A stretch of 64,000 nucleotides of DNA from Sphyrna mokarran (taxonomy: Eukaryota), in assembly GCA_024679065.1 (NCBI GenBank), contig JAGIQG010000012.1, positions 47,492,001-47,556,000 of the forward strand, given 5' to 3'. How positions within the stretch are numbered: the stretch's first letter is position 1; each line of letters opens with the position of its first letter. Below are positions 37,892 to 51,325 of the stretch, piece by piece. The position numbers and the translations under genes are program-made. A model generated the notes under the pieces. The model was not told the origin of the DNA. It saw only the letters and a list, made by a program, of their open reading frames with translations, and searched no databases.

Positions 37892-40800
37892 CACTCATTT
37901 AAATTGTATCATAGCACCTACAGTTCTGCTTTTATCCTTGAGGGACACGTAGAATTAATAACCATGAAGATAGCCATAGAAAATACTTTACCTTTTATTC
38001 CTTGTAATCTAAGGCTGTAGTAAGATCACAGGATGATACTTTTGAAAATTCTGTTTGACTGAAGTGTGTCACTTATTTGCTTATAAAAACATGAGTCAAT
38101 AAGATTCTGTTGCTGCTGTAACCAGTTGGCACTTATGTTGGCAAAAGTATGCTGCTCTTCTAGATGTACACATGTCAGCATATTTTATAAATATTGATTT
38201 CCCAGTTTCATTTTCCATGATCCTTTGAGCATAATTTGGAACCCAGGAAAGGAAATAACACAGAATTCAGCATCATCACGACAGAGCTGTTATTGTTGAA
38301 CACACAACCAACTTCTAATTCTTCCCTTGGCCACCAATTAGACTAGCTGAGTCCATGAATACTATGTGCACAGTCACAGGCATGCACCCAATTCATTCCA
38401 CATTCACAAATAATTTGGAGTTGAATATTAAATGCAAGTATATAATATACTTCTCTAAATAGTGAATTAAATGATCTTAACTGGAAAATATTGCACCATC
38501 TTCTGTTGTGAAGTAAAAAATATGCTTTGTCTCAGATGCTTGGTAGGTTTGTGATGAAACAATGCAACTATGATTGCCTCATTTCATTTTGTATGTGTGC
38601 CATTTGTGGTAATATATAACATAATAAAAACATACGCTTGATTTCACTAGAAATAGTGGAGAGAATCTGCTCCTCCCTCCAAAGTTAGTGGTGCTGCTGT
38701 TCAGTGAATGGATTCAATGCCTGAATGCACACTGTTTAGTTATATTTAGTTAAATGTTGATTGCTTTAACTTGTTATTTTTTATCTTAGAATTATGTCAC
38801 ATATTTTGCATTGTTTGTTACAAATCAATATACCAATTAAAATATAAACGTTAATATTTTTGTTAAAATAGAGGACAAATAAACATAATCAGTAGATTGA
38901 AAACCCATGTGTCATGATGCCAGTGCTTAAACTTCCTAGAGTTTCAGGGGTCAATTGGAGGGCACAGCACATGTAAAGTTCTCATATATCCATTCATTGT
39001 TCATATGCAGAATAACTGCTGACATTAACTAAAATTTGAAGCCTGAATGGTATGCACAGTTGAATGAAGTGGGTAATGATGTTAAGTGTATTAATCTGTG
39101 TGAAGAGAACTCACACCAAATGAATGCTAAAGGTAAAGGACACCCATAAGCTGGTTCCCAAGCCTCTGCAATATTTCCAGCAATTTCTGCTTTTTGAAAA
39201 ATGGTTTTCAGCATCTTAGATACTTTGCTTCTGCAGCAAACATAAAGCTACTTGAGTAATCTGGAATGTTGCAGTTGGAGAGTGGGCAAATAATGGTGGA
39301 ACCAATTTCATCAATCCTGCAATCATGCAGAGACTGAGGCATTTTTTTATCCAAACAGTGCAAAATGAAAGGGAATCTGGGGCAAAATGATCCCAAATGC
39401 TAAATAATGTGCAAAGTATGGTGCATTTTAAGTCAATTTTCTGAAAAAACTACACTTGTAACATGAAAAGGATTATAACTAATTTTACCAGATGCAATGA
39501 TTAATGTTGAATATCAGAACAAAAGTGAAATACCACTGAAATATAAATGAATAAACCACGAGATTTCCTAATATATTAGTGATTTCTGTTTAACATATAC
39601 CAGCAAGTTTTCTATCTTTCCCTTAGTGATATGTTTGTAGGACATGGCTATGGCTAGTCACATTTGCCTTTATAATTACTAGAATAAATTGTGATTTACC
39701 AGTGAATTCCATGCTCAGAATTGCACTGAATTACTGTCAGGCAGTTAAAAGACTGATGGGTTTATCATTCTTGCACGTTGTGTGCGTGTGTATGTCAAAA
39801 GTAGTTTCATTTCATTATGTCCTAGATACATTTATGGTAAGATCTGTCACTTGTAGTGAACACAATATTTGTATATAGTTAGCATCTAATGTGGGCACTT
39901 AAAATTTGTTTTTCCATTCAGATCTGTGGAGATGTCCTTGGACCAACCGCACAAACGTTATATTCCCTCTGATCTAAGATCCAGGCTTCAGTTAAATAAT
40001 AAGTCCCGTAGTTGTATTTATGTTGTCAGTGGTCCTAACTTGCTTTTTATTGCTGGTGTCCCTTTCAACTCAACAGCAATCACTATAATGCTCCAAAGTT
40101 TTACATGATCTTGACTCAACTCCATGTTCCACATCTGGTCTATTATATTACAAAAAACTGGTTGCTGTCAAAGACATTGACTGTTTTTAACTTATTCCCA
40201 TTGCTATTGAATCTCTCCGTTAAACCTTTATCACTTCCGATCTCACTCTTTATAATAATGTCGGAACCAGCCTCTCAGTTCCTGACATCCATCATTTATT
40301 GCCCATAATTGCACATCCACTATTCCCATATATATATCATGTTTCCACAGAGACAATTTGGGAATATGTTTATAGTAATTTCCCTCCCAGGTTATATCCC
40401 ACTCACTCCAAGTTAAAATTGGGTTTGTTGTGTTGGGGCATCTCTGGTTGTAAATGTTTAGCAAACTTTGTCTAACATTGGCCTTTCCCTCTATGTATGA
40501 ATATAGTGTTTAAGTAGGGAGAGATGTTTTTAAACATGAAGGTGCCAGATTGAGTTTTTGCTTAAACTTGGATTATAATGCAAAACTTGTAGTCACGAGT
40601 TATAATTCAATGATATTATCGCTGACCTTCCTTCTGATTTTCTCCTTTCTGGGCTTGTGGGCCAAAAATGCAGATGAGTGACTTGCTGTTGGACCTCTGC
40701 TGTAAGTTTTTTCTGTAAAAGCCTACAGGAGTGTTATTAACAACTGTTTCTGGTTTAGCTTTGGTTTCCTTGGGATGATGCTTCTCCTCTACTGAGAGTT

Positions 40801-41559
40801 GGGATATTGAACTGCAATGCGCAATGCTTTATTGCACTACTTAACATCACTGCCAGATTGAATTTCAAAGATTTATAAACTTATGCAAACATTCATTTCA
40901 CAGATCAAGATTCAGTTTGTCCTGAAATAATCAAAACATTACCTGTTGCAAGTTGAGCATAGTTTGGCAGAATGTTCAGCCTCCTGATCAACTAACAGAC
41001 CAACATTGTATAGCAATGTATTGCATTATATCTATATCTGTGTTCATGGAATGATTCTTAAACATGTATCTTTTCTTTAAAATGTAATTTAGGAAATAAT
41101 ACAACATAATTATGAAAACAACCCTAATGCAATCAGTTTGCGGAACTATACAGAAGGAATTGTGTTAGTTTAGGGAACATTCCAGACATTGAATATTGTA
41201 TGTGGAATGAGCTATCAAAATTATAATCAGGAGTCAGGATTAATCAGCGAAATGTTATGTACATAAAAATGTATGATTATAAACAAAGATAGTCAAGATC
41301 AACTGCAGATTAGGTCCATAAACAAGAAAAAAAGTATTTTACCATCATACTGAAAATTCTTCTTAATGGAGATGAAATTGTTCCTTCAACACATCCAGTT
41401 ATATGCTGGCCGTAAATTATACACCAGATGTTGTTCCTTCCATCAGTGCTTTCACCCCCAGAAAGACATTCATGAGCCCAAAACTTGGATTGTTTAGTAT
41501 GCCTTTATCCATCTTGTATCAGTATAGTTGTTACTCGTATCATCTTCTTGCAGTTTTTT

Positions 41560-42140
41560 CCTTCATTCACAGGATATGGGAATCACTGGCTAGGATAGCA
41601 TTTGTTGCTTAATTGCCCTTAAGAAAGTGGTATTGAGCTGACTTATTGAACCACAGAGGTCCATATGATGTAGGTATACCCATAGAGCTGTTAGGAAGTG
41701 AGTTCCAGGAATTTAACCCAGCAACTGTGAAGGAACGGGTGATAATTGCCAAGTCAGAATGGTATGCATCTTGGAGAGGAACTTGTTCCTATATCTGCTA
41801 CCCTTGTCCTTTTAGTGGTAGAGGTCATGGGGTTTGGAATATGATGTTAAGGGACCCTTATTTGCTTCTTATCAGTCCAAGTTGAGTGTTGGACAGGCTT
41901 TGCTGCTTATGGACACAGATTGCTTCACTATCCAAGGAGTCACAAATAATGCTGAACATTGTACAACTTAGTGAACATCCTCATTTCTGACCTTATGATA
42001 AAGGGAAGGCCATTGATGAAGCAATGGAGATGGTTGGGCCCAGGACGCTACACTGAAAGACCTCTCCAATAATGTTCTGGAACCAGGATAATTGACTTCC
42101 AACAGCCGCAATCAGCTTCCTGGTATGACTCCAAGCATTG
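41560..42140 (-). mobile_element. Shark CR1-clade LINE, 3' end plus deleted internal piece
   Basis: ttcattcacaggatatgggaatcactggctaggatagcatttgttgc...gagttccaggaatttaacccagcaactgtgaaggaacgg; same family as 50540 and 56870. Confidence 0.75.
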
Positions 42141-45100
42141 AAGAGTTCAGAACTTCCATTTGGCTCTTATGGTAATGCATCTTTTATTTTACATGAACAA
42201 TATGATATTAATGATGTGTTTAAGTTGCTATGCTTACAGCTGATTAAGAGATCCAGGGAGGAAAGCTTTGTTCATATAGTACCATTTTGCTACTCAGACA
42301 ATATCAGTTCCCTGAGTAGAGACAGTATCATGAGCTATCACCTGTAGATTTGAAACCCAAGCAGTTGCACAGGTAAATTCTCTGCCTCAAAAGGAAATAA
42401 AAAAAGCAGTATGGAGTGCTTAGGGGAAAAGATAAGGAGAAAATGCATAATATTGTGCTACAGTCATAACTAGGGTGGAGTGAAAGATCAACTTAACATA
42501 AGGTGGATTGGCCAATACTCCTGTATTAGCTGAATAGTTGGAGATTTGCAAAAGCAACGAGAGGTAAATATAATACCTTTTGCCCCCTGGCCCCCAGGGT
42601 TCTACTTCACCATGGTCTCTGAAACCTGCCTCCTACCCTTCTCATCAGGGCTTGTCAGCTTGTTACATTGTGAAACTGAAATATGTACAGCATTAATATT
42701 TAGCACAGCTTCTCACTCATCGCCTGCTTGTGGTATTGGCAGTGGTCACTGCTGCTCTTGGAATAGGATTTGTCACATTCGTCATGAGTGAATAGGAGTT
42801 GTCCTCATTCTGACAAGCACCTACTGCCCCTTCGCTACCCCCACCAACAACATTTTCATTACTTCCCAGCCAGCCCAGGGATTTTGAAGTATTGAGCAAG
42901 GTGTTAAATTGCATTGTAGAGACTATAGCCCAAGGCTTTCTTCAGCTGATGTCAAAAGATGAGTGTTTATATGTTCCTCAATCACTCTGTCACCTCCACC
43001 CCTCTGTACCCTTGGGATGCTGAAAACAATTGCAGCAGTTGTCAATTAAATATATGAATAGAGACATTGATATTTAGATGCTAGAACTGAGACATCATTT
43101 TGATTCCTCTGCTTAAGCTGTACACTGAATTTAATCATACTCCCTTTTTACTTTAGCACTGTTTGGTTCACCTTCAGTTCACTCCTCATCATCCGTTTAA
43201 TTTTCTGTTTTCAATCTCGAATTGTCAAGATTTCTCTGTTTGAATTTTTCAAAATATACTTCCAAACTATTCAGCCGAAGGCACATTTCCAGCAATTATT
43301 CCACAACTGATCATTTACAGAGGAAAAATATCAGCGATATATAAAAAAAATTACAACAACAGCTTTGTGAAATAGAAGTGTTCTGTGATTTCTCAATTTG
43401 AATAGTTTATTAATTCATTATACCTGCATCCTGATCAAATATAGTTCTTTCTAAATATTAATCTTTCTTTTATTCCACATATCCCTTGTCTTACCCTAGG
43501 CATATAGTGATATACATTATTAAAATAAGAGAATAAATGACATAAATATTCCCCTTTGTTATATTTTAAAGACCTGGATTATTTTTAAGCTCTATTTGTG
43601 CAGTGTGATTTTAAAATAGCCTGCAGTGATTATTAGCTGTTCTGTGTATTGACACAGCAAAAGCCTGAGCTAATAGGGAAAAAAACTTCCATTTTAGTTT
43701 GTCTCCTCTTGTCTCCTTTTCTGTTTCAACACTTGCCCCCCCCCCCCGTCCTCCCCATCCATGCAATATTTGACTTGCATGAAGGTAGTCATTTTTTTAA
43801 AAAATCTATTTGTTTCCACAGTCTTCAAATGATTTACTTTTGAACCTTTTCATATGAAATCCTTTTCACAACTATATTAACCCATCTATTTTGAACAGGT
43901 TACTAGCTTGATTAAATAATATCAAAGCATTGTGATAAAATGTGTTCAGTGCACTAATATTGCACCAGATTCTTCAAGGCTCAAGTGTTTTATTTGTTCT
44001 CAAGTTGTAGATTCCCCAGCTGTCTTGCATCCTTTCCTGCTTGAGAGAGCAGACAGGCAATTTGTTCCCAGGCGACTGTTGATGGGCACTCTCACCCAGC
44101 TGCTAAGAATCATTTAAAAAGTGCCTGGGGTAGCTAGCCTGCCACTTTACTTTCCCTCCTTTCGTCCCTTTAGAGAAAGACCTGGCCTTAGATGAAGAAC
44201 TATTATGTGAAGAATTCTGGGTGTGAGCACATTCTTTATCACATGTGGATCAGCACCTTGGAGCAAAAATCTGCTGTACTGAAATACAGCTTTCATTTCT
44301 TTATTTTTGCTTCTTATTTTAAATGCTGAATGCTTTCTACTTTTTCAGCATTCACCTTGCTACCCAGTGCCTCAGTTCTCTGGGTCAAGTGATTGCTAGC
44401 TATTATTTGCAAAGAATTAATCATCATTTGAGGGTTGATTGACAGCAGATTTCAGAGGCACTTCCCATAGATTGCTTGCCAACAATGTGTGTGATAGTTG
44501 TGACAGTCTGAGGTACAAAGAAATCATTGACAATAGCTTGAATAGAAACAGAAAGGTCAGTCAGTGGCTTTGACATCTTTGAGAGAATGCAATTTATGCA
44601 ATGTTACGCTGTAACACCATCCAGACAGCCAATCACTACTTATACAAATATTTGTCATTGTGAGTCCTTGAATGAAATTCTGTTCTTTATGTATTGCTGA
44701 GTCATAGTGTTTTGGGGAGAAAAAAGCTCTATTTTATGCTCTTGGTTAAAAGTTGCTGGACGATAGTTGGTATTAATTAAGAAAAATCTCATGAGAAATG
44801 TTTAACATATGAGAGATTATCAAACAATTATCCCTTTAGCTTGTTACCAGCAAAGGTGCTTGTTCGACTAATGTTTGAGCAGAGACTAGAAGAGATGGAA
44901 ATGTGGCTCAAATAGTTGCTGAATTAGAGATAATGCAGTCTGCCCATATTATCTTGGGGAACTGATGGTAACATATCACCACCTGATTTTCCAGTTTGAT
45001 GTGCTGTGTTCAGTTCCTCAGGGCAATACAGGTTGGCTATCTATCATCACTTAATACTGCAGAAAATGCAATTTTAATGAAGTCATATTCTATTATAATT

Positions 45101-46189
45101 TTGAATTGAGTTCTGTTTGACTTTGCTGCAACTGCCTAGCCATTGTCTTGTTTTTGTAGCCATGATGTTAATAATTGACCAGTTCAGCTTCTGGTGAATG
45201 ATGTTGTCTGCCCAAATACTTATCTACTGGTATGCTTAAATTACTCTATCAACTCTAAATCACTCTGCCCAGAGAATCAGGGGAAACGTTAACCTTATCT
45301 GCTTGTCCCAGACCATGCAAATAGTCAGTTAACTTTTTCAGGTAGTTTGCCTATTGACATCCCCCACCAATCTCACAATCATCTATTTCAGCCTGCTCTC
45401 CTCAGCAGTTAGCTACCTTAAAAGCCAAAGCCAACAGAGTTCTTCTTTAATATGCAAGTCAGAGACCAATAATGTAATTAAACTCAACCACGGTTTAACT
45501 GTGATCTGAGCTGGAAAACATTTGTGGGACAAAGCCTAAACATATTATAATTGTATTTTCCTTGCATGGGCAGGAGGAACAGTAGTATTTCTCGGTCACA
45601 AAAGAAAAATTTACACTTGTCTTGTGCTGCAGTCCCACCCTACCCACCGCACCCCACATTCTTTCTCTACTTGAAAATCCTCCCGAAAATTTCTTCCCCA
45701 TGATTTACTTTCTTTCTAGAGACCTTTTTAGTTTAGGCTGGTGGCTATCTGATTCCCTGCCTAAAGCCACTGGCCAGCTGTTGCTTCCAATCTGTTTTGG
45801 CTTGGCCATCATGAACGCTCTGTAGATTAGTGCAGAATTTAATACCACTTGAATCTTATGTTGAGGTCAAATAGTTTGCGCTCATCCCTGTTTACTCAAT
45901 TCCTTTTCAGTCAAAATTAGGGTTGCTAGGTCGTGTATTATCACGCCACATATGAAGAAATTTGTGACAGCATCAGTCTTGAACTTGCCTTTTGCCAGCT
46001 AGTACCTATGTTGCTTTGTTCTTTAGTCACGTTTAACTTGACGTGACTTTTAAGGTGAAACGTTTATATTCTATTTTGTATCTCCCATCTTATTTATCGC
46101 CTTTGAAGGCAGAAGAGTTGTTCCAACCTTCCTTCATAATTTCATCTACTGACAGTGGGAATTAATCTTACCAATTTTCTGTATTATTT

Positions 46190-47400
46190 TCATGGCTTAG
46201 ACATATCCTTTATGTGTCACTGATGAGGACTGAATGCAATATTTAAGATGGGTATGACTCAAGCATCTTCAGCATGATCATGTCTTATATACTTTACTGA
46301 CTTGCTGCTCAATATTTTGTTTGCTTTGTTCATTACTGTTCTTCAATAATTTGGCATCATTGGTATAGGTTAGTGACACCATCAGGTTGTTTTCAGCTTC
46401 TTTGCCAGCCAACCTGCGTCAGATTCTTTTGTATTTCCTCGTGTTTTCAAAATGTGTAAAATCTTGTGCTTTTATTTTGAATTTTATATGCAATAATCCT
46501 CCTCACTTAGAAATATGTTCAAAGTCCTTTTTCAATTCTTTGACAGCTCTGTTTAACTGAACTGCTTTCTTTCCTCCGATTGCATAACAGAGCAACTTGC
46601 AGTGTGCGTCTGAATCTATTAATTTACATAGATCAGAAACTATTGGTGTTCTGATGCCAATCACTAGGGCACTCCATTAATTACATCTCCCAAGCCTGTC
46701 ATTTTCTTCTGTTACTCACACTTTTCTTTCTGCCAATTTTATGTCCTCCATAATTTATCGGGATGCACACACTGTCTTAAAATTGTGAAGCAGCCTTTAA
46801 TGTAGAATTTAATTGAAGACTTTTTGGAATTTTTTGGGAAGTCACTTGCTCAAAGAATGTTGAAGAGCAGTCAGACCTCATTTGCCCTTTCTAAAACCAT
46901 GTTCCACATTGGCTATTACTTAACAGGGTTATTTTTATGTAGGCAAATGCAAAAGGATTTAATGAACGATTTTCAATATTTTACCATTTACTGATGTAAA
47001 ACTAATGAGTCTGTTTTTCTGGAGCAAAACAAAAAAATGCTGGAAAAAGGTGAGCAGGTCTTACAGCATCTGTGGAGCAAGAAAAAAAGCCAATGCTCTA
47101 TTCGGTCCTGACAAAGAGTCATTCAAACTCAAAACGTAGACTCTTCACTCTCCATAGATGCTATCAGACCTGAGATTTTCCAGCATTTTTCTGTTTTTGT
47201 TTCAGATTCCAACACCTGCAATATTTTGCCTTTCTCTGTCTTTGTGGAGTCACCTTTTTTGAAGTAGGTCTCATGTTGGCTCGTTTCAAAGCCAGTGAGA
47301 CGACACAAGTATGTTCATTGATTGCTTCATAATGACTGTCAGCACTAAGTAGATTTTGCCTCTAGAATCATTTAACAATCTTGGTTGTGCAAACTCATTT
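46190..47400 (-). mobile_element. Highly decayed CR1 RT region
   Basis: Reverse-strand CR1 landmarks (gaagactttttggaa, DFxKAF-like; ttgccctttctaaaaccatg, HGFRKG) and actgatgtaaaactaatgagtctg (RPISLTSV-like). Interrupted at 47025-47230. Confidence 0.55.
47025..47230. mobile_element. Palindromic Penelope-type terminal-repeat relic
   Basis: aaaacaaaaaaatgctggaaaa...caggtct.acagcatctgtggag is inverted against ctccatagatgctatcagacctgagattttccagcatttttctgtttt. Centre has a degenerate ctgacaaa-gagt..actc-aaaacgt hammerhead-like remnant. Confidence 0.65.
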
Positions 47401-47914
47401 CTTGAGACGGTTTTGAACTCTTGAGTGCATGCTACTGGTGTCTTTTCTATTGCGTACTCTTAGAGGTGGTAATTTAATAAGGTAACTATTTTCACATTAT
47501 TTGTAAATTTACACCTCTTTTTCTTTAATAGTGTTCTTGCTCTATTGTACTGTCAGATTTGTGTTTTGTAGTGTCTGACTTATGCAGCCATTAATTTCCA
47601 ATTTCTCTGACCACCATGTTTACATTAGTTTGGAAATGTGGGCTTTCAAAGATATTTACCCAACTTTTGGATAGAATTTCATTGTATCACACACACTGAC
47701 AGTTAGGGTTGGGGGTGTGGGGGAAGTAGCGAAGGGTAGTGTTTCAGTCACAGACTTTGCTGTGGCTGTTTAATTCAGCCATGGTATTAGCATACTGCTT
47801 CTAGATTTCCTGTGAGAGGTTTCTCAGTGAAAGGCTCCATACTAAAAAAGACCCAGTGAGGGTCCAAATAGCTACATTCAGCATTATTTGTGAAGGCGGA
47901 ATGATAGGAAGACA

Positions 47915-48520
47915 TGAGAAGGTTGCCCCCTTGTTCTCTGACTCTTTCTTTGAAGGTGATCTGGTAATAATCAGATGAGAAAAAAAGTGTTGTTCCATAT
48001 GGATGGGAGGAAAAGACCAGCTGCCTAAATTAAGCAGGAGGTCCCTGAACTAGTGGACAGTACAAATGTGTTGATGCCTTGTAATTAGATTCAATACCAA
48101 AAGAGTTTATTGACTTAATAATGGCAGGAAAAGTGAGTGTCAGCTCCCACTTTCAGAATTACCCAGCATCCTGTGCACAGCACTGCCAGACCAGCACACT
48201 TTCTAGATCCATTCGTGCTCCTCCAAGCACCACTTCACTTGCCCATCTCAACAGCCAACACACGCCCACCCCCATCTTATTAGTTTCTCACAGCCATCTC
48301 TCACAATTATCTTGCACAAATATTGTCATTCAATCATCGCATATTCACATCCCACACTCAGAGATCTCTGCTCTCTTCGATTACAGAAGGGAGTATGCAA
48401 CTTCAGGGAGAAACAGATAACTGGGTGGGCCTATGGGCCACATTGATTGCTGTGGAGGAACAAACTTTGGACATTGGAAAGATAACACAGTTCATGGGTT
48501 TAGGCAATGGAGAGATTTAG
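47915..48520 (+). pseudogene. Decayed Harbinger Myb/SANT-like DNA-binding gene relic with an intron
   Basis: Reads across frameshifts as KVAPLFSD...VLFHMDGRKRPAA...IQYQK.F.DLIMAGK|GTGAGT, then after ttcgattacAG ...N.RE...TG...LIAVEEQTLDIG. Resembles recalled Harbinger ORF2/NAIF1-like motifs (APxFS...QCxKxFNDL...TGGG). Confidence 0.5.
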
Positions 48521-48731
48521 GCCTCATAAGCATCTATTGATTGCATTAGACATCATACTTCTACTTAACACAACACTTGACTCATACCCATGTCAACAAT
48601 AATTCCTTCATTCAGAGAAGTCAAGCATTCTGAAGATGCATAACCACCTGACTCATGCACACTGCACACTATTGCAGATGTACACACCTTACTGGGTACT
48701 ACAGAACCTGGTGGAAGGCACTCTGTCATAT

Positions 48732-48935
48732 TTTAGAAACATAGAAAAACCACAGCACAATACAGGTCCTTTGGCCCACAAAGATGTGCTGAACTTATCC
48801 CTACCTTAAAGATTACTAGGCTTACCTATAACCCTCCATCTTACTATGTTCCATGTACTTATTTAAAATCTCTTAAAAGACTCTATCAAAACCACCTCCA
48901 CCACCGTTGCTGGCAGCCCATTCCATGCACCCGCC
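48732..48935 (-). mobile_element. CR1 3' end fragment
   Basis: tagaaacatagaaaaaccacagcacaatacaggtcctttggcccaca...cctccaccaccgttgctggcagcccattccatgcac. Confidence 0.75.
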
Positions 48936-50724
48936 TATAACATTTAAAGTATAACAATTTTAAATGTTATGCTCTCAAATTCATTTTAAAATAACTACCC
49001 TGGAAACATCTGTTCATAACTTCAGAGGTTGCACTGCCAACAAAGATCGCCATATGGATAGACATTGTCTATGTAGTCTTCAAGCTATTAATTTTAATCT
49101 TGGGTTCAAAATTACCACTTCAGTGCTTGTTAAAAAAAAACAACTCTTACGTACTGATGAAATATAATCTACAACTATTGAGATGTCTTTTGCTGAAAGA
49201 CAGAAGAAAGGTGAAAGGAAATACTTATTGTTCAAAGGCTCACCCATAGTCTGTCACTTTTTTGGTAAACAATGCTACCTACATGAAAAAATTACCCTAA
49301 TGGAGAGCCATCATTTTTGTTCTCCCTTTCTTTCAAGGTTGCTGTGATTAGATTTGATCAAAAGTGGAGTTCAGCCATCCACATTGGACATTAGACTCCA
49401 TTTAATGATAAATCATCTTGAAATCTTTTGAATATCTATTCATCTTAGGCCTGAAAGTTTAATGTTTGTGTAGCTGTCTGAGTGCAGAAAGTATTGATAA
49501 AATTTGAAGGTAAAGGTACAGCAAATGTAGGCTTTGTTTACGATCATTCATTATCACTTCATGAAACAGATGTTGAGTTGCTTCTTCCAGTATAAATATT
49601 GAGCATATTTGCCTCAGGGAAGCTGTTGTCATTTCAATTGCATAGTACATAACCGTTTCCTTCTGTGGAATTAAAAAAAATGATTATTTCATTCTTGAAA
49701 ACAAGAAACCCCCATGCGAGCATTATTGAGTCAGCTTTGACATATCAAAAACAATTAGAAGATTGGCATTTATTAAATTTTTAAAATAACTGTGTTTTCT
49801 GCAGTATCATTTTCAAACATGAATTTTCTTCACATGATGGTTTGCAGGAATTTAAATGCTGTGAAAATAAAGTAGCATGTCATCCAGGTAAACAAAATAA
49901 ATCTGTCTCTCTTGATATCACTGATCTTTCACATGAGCGGATTTGTGTAATATAATTTCCACGCAGCCAAAATTGTATCATTGCCTCTCTGCGTTTCATG
50001 TTTATATTGGATAGAGTTTAGGGTTATACACAAGTACTTTCAATCTGATTTCATTCCAAACCTGTTTGGCTAAGTTTTCTATTTTATTTTTGCAGCTCAC
50101 AGGGACTACTACCTCCAACCCACCCCCCCAACACACCTCTCCCTCACCCCACACCTCTGTTGTGTTAAGCTAAACTTCTCATGTTTAAGAGTAACTGCTT
50201 TCTATTTTGTTGAGGTAGAAAAGATGGGAATAAAGAAGGCTGAAAGTTTCATTTGAAGAATATATGAAGCCTAATATCGGATACAATTATAATATACAAG
50301 TGGCATTAAAGATAACCTTGGGGAAAGATGAAGTTGTACTTCATATAAAGATTTTTAACACAGCTAAAATTATTTTTTTTCTTTTTCTATTTTCTACTGA
50401 CATTGTTACTCCTATTAGGTATATAATTTCATAACTGGTGGGCTTCTTTTTAATCTCTCCCAAGAACTATTATTCATGTCATGATCTAATTAATGGTCAA
50501 TTGGCTCTTCAGGCATAAGATGAATCACTTTTTTTAAAAAACTTATTCATTCTTTGGCATTTGGATATCACTGCAAAGGCCAGGATTCTTTGTTTTCATT
50601 GAAATTGGTGAGCTGCCTTGTTGAATTGCTAATGTTTGAATGATAAAGATTCACTACTACTGCTGTGGAGCAAGCAGTTCAAGGATTATGATACTTAATA
50701 AAGGAATGGCATCATATGTTTAAG

Positions 50725-51173
50725 ATGTAGAGATGCCGGCGTTAGAGCAGTCATGGGCATTCGGCCTCCAACCTGCGGGTAAATGTTCTTCAAGGGGGCC
50801 TTCGTGACACACGACAGCGCAGAGTTGCTGAGCAGAGACTGATAGCCAAGTTCCGCACACATGAGGACGGTCTTAATAGGGATCTTGGCTTCATGTCACA
50901 CTATCTGTAACCCCCGTAACTTGCCTGGATTAGCAAAAAACCTCACTTACTGTGCTGTCTGGAGAAAATACACAATTCTCTAACCAATGCTCAGGATTCC
51001 CTTCACACACATTGTTAGCCACTTTAACACTTGAATAGCAGGTTAGATGTAAGGATTCGCATTCTAATCAGCAGTATGTAACTGTCTGTGTGGATATGAG
51101 TGCCTCTGCAGATCAGAACACTGCATTTGCCTGACGAAGGCACAACATAGTGTCGAAAGCTCGTGGATTTACT
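50725..51173 (+). mobile_element. 5'-truncated Penelope-like retroelement (GIY-YIG endonuclease C-terminus plus pLTR)
   Basis: 50746-50910 reads SSHGHSASNLRVNVLQGGLRDTRQRRVAEQRLIAKFRTHEDGLNRDLGFMSHYL* with no internal stop (ExxLIxxFxT..GLN motif). Perfect 14-bp direct repeat ATCATATGTTTAAG at 50711-50724 and 51174-51187. Confidence 0.88.
51125..51168 (+). ncRNA. Minimal hammerhead ribozyme-like motif in the Penelope pLTR
   Basis: AUUUGC-CUGACGA-A-GGCAC-aacaua-GUGUC-GAAA-GC-UC-GUGGAU: core boxes CUGANGA and GAAA, 5-bp stem II, UC cleavage site, GU-rich stem I, vestigial stem III. Confidence 0.6.
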
Positions 51174-51325
51174 ATCATATGTTTAAGCCAGAGAAGAATT
51201 TTGAGGTGGTGGTATTGCCATGCACCTGCTACTCCTCCTTCTAGGTAATGGACGTTGCACATTTGGGAGGTGCAGCCAATGAAGCCTTGGCAACTTGCAT
51301 CTTCTTAAATCATACATAATACTAC

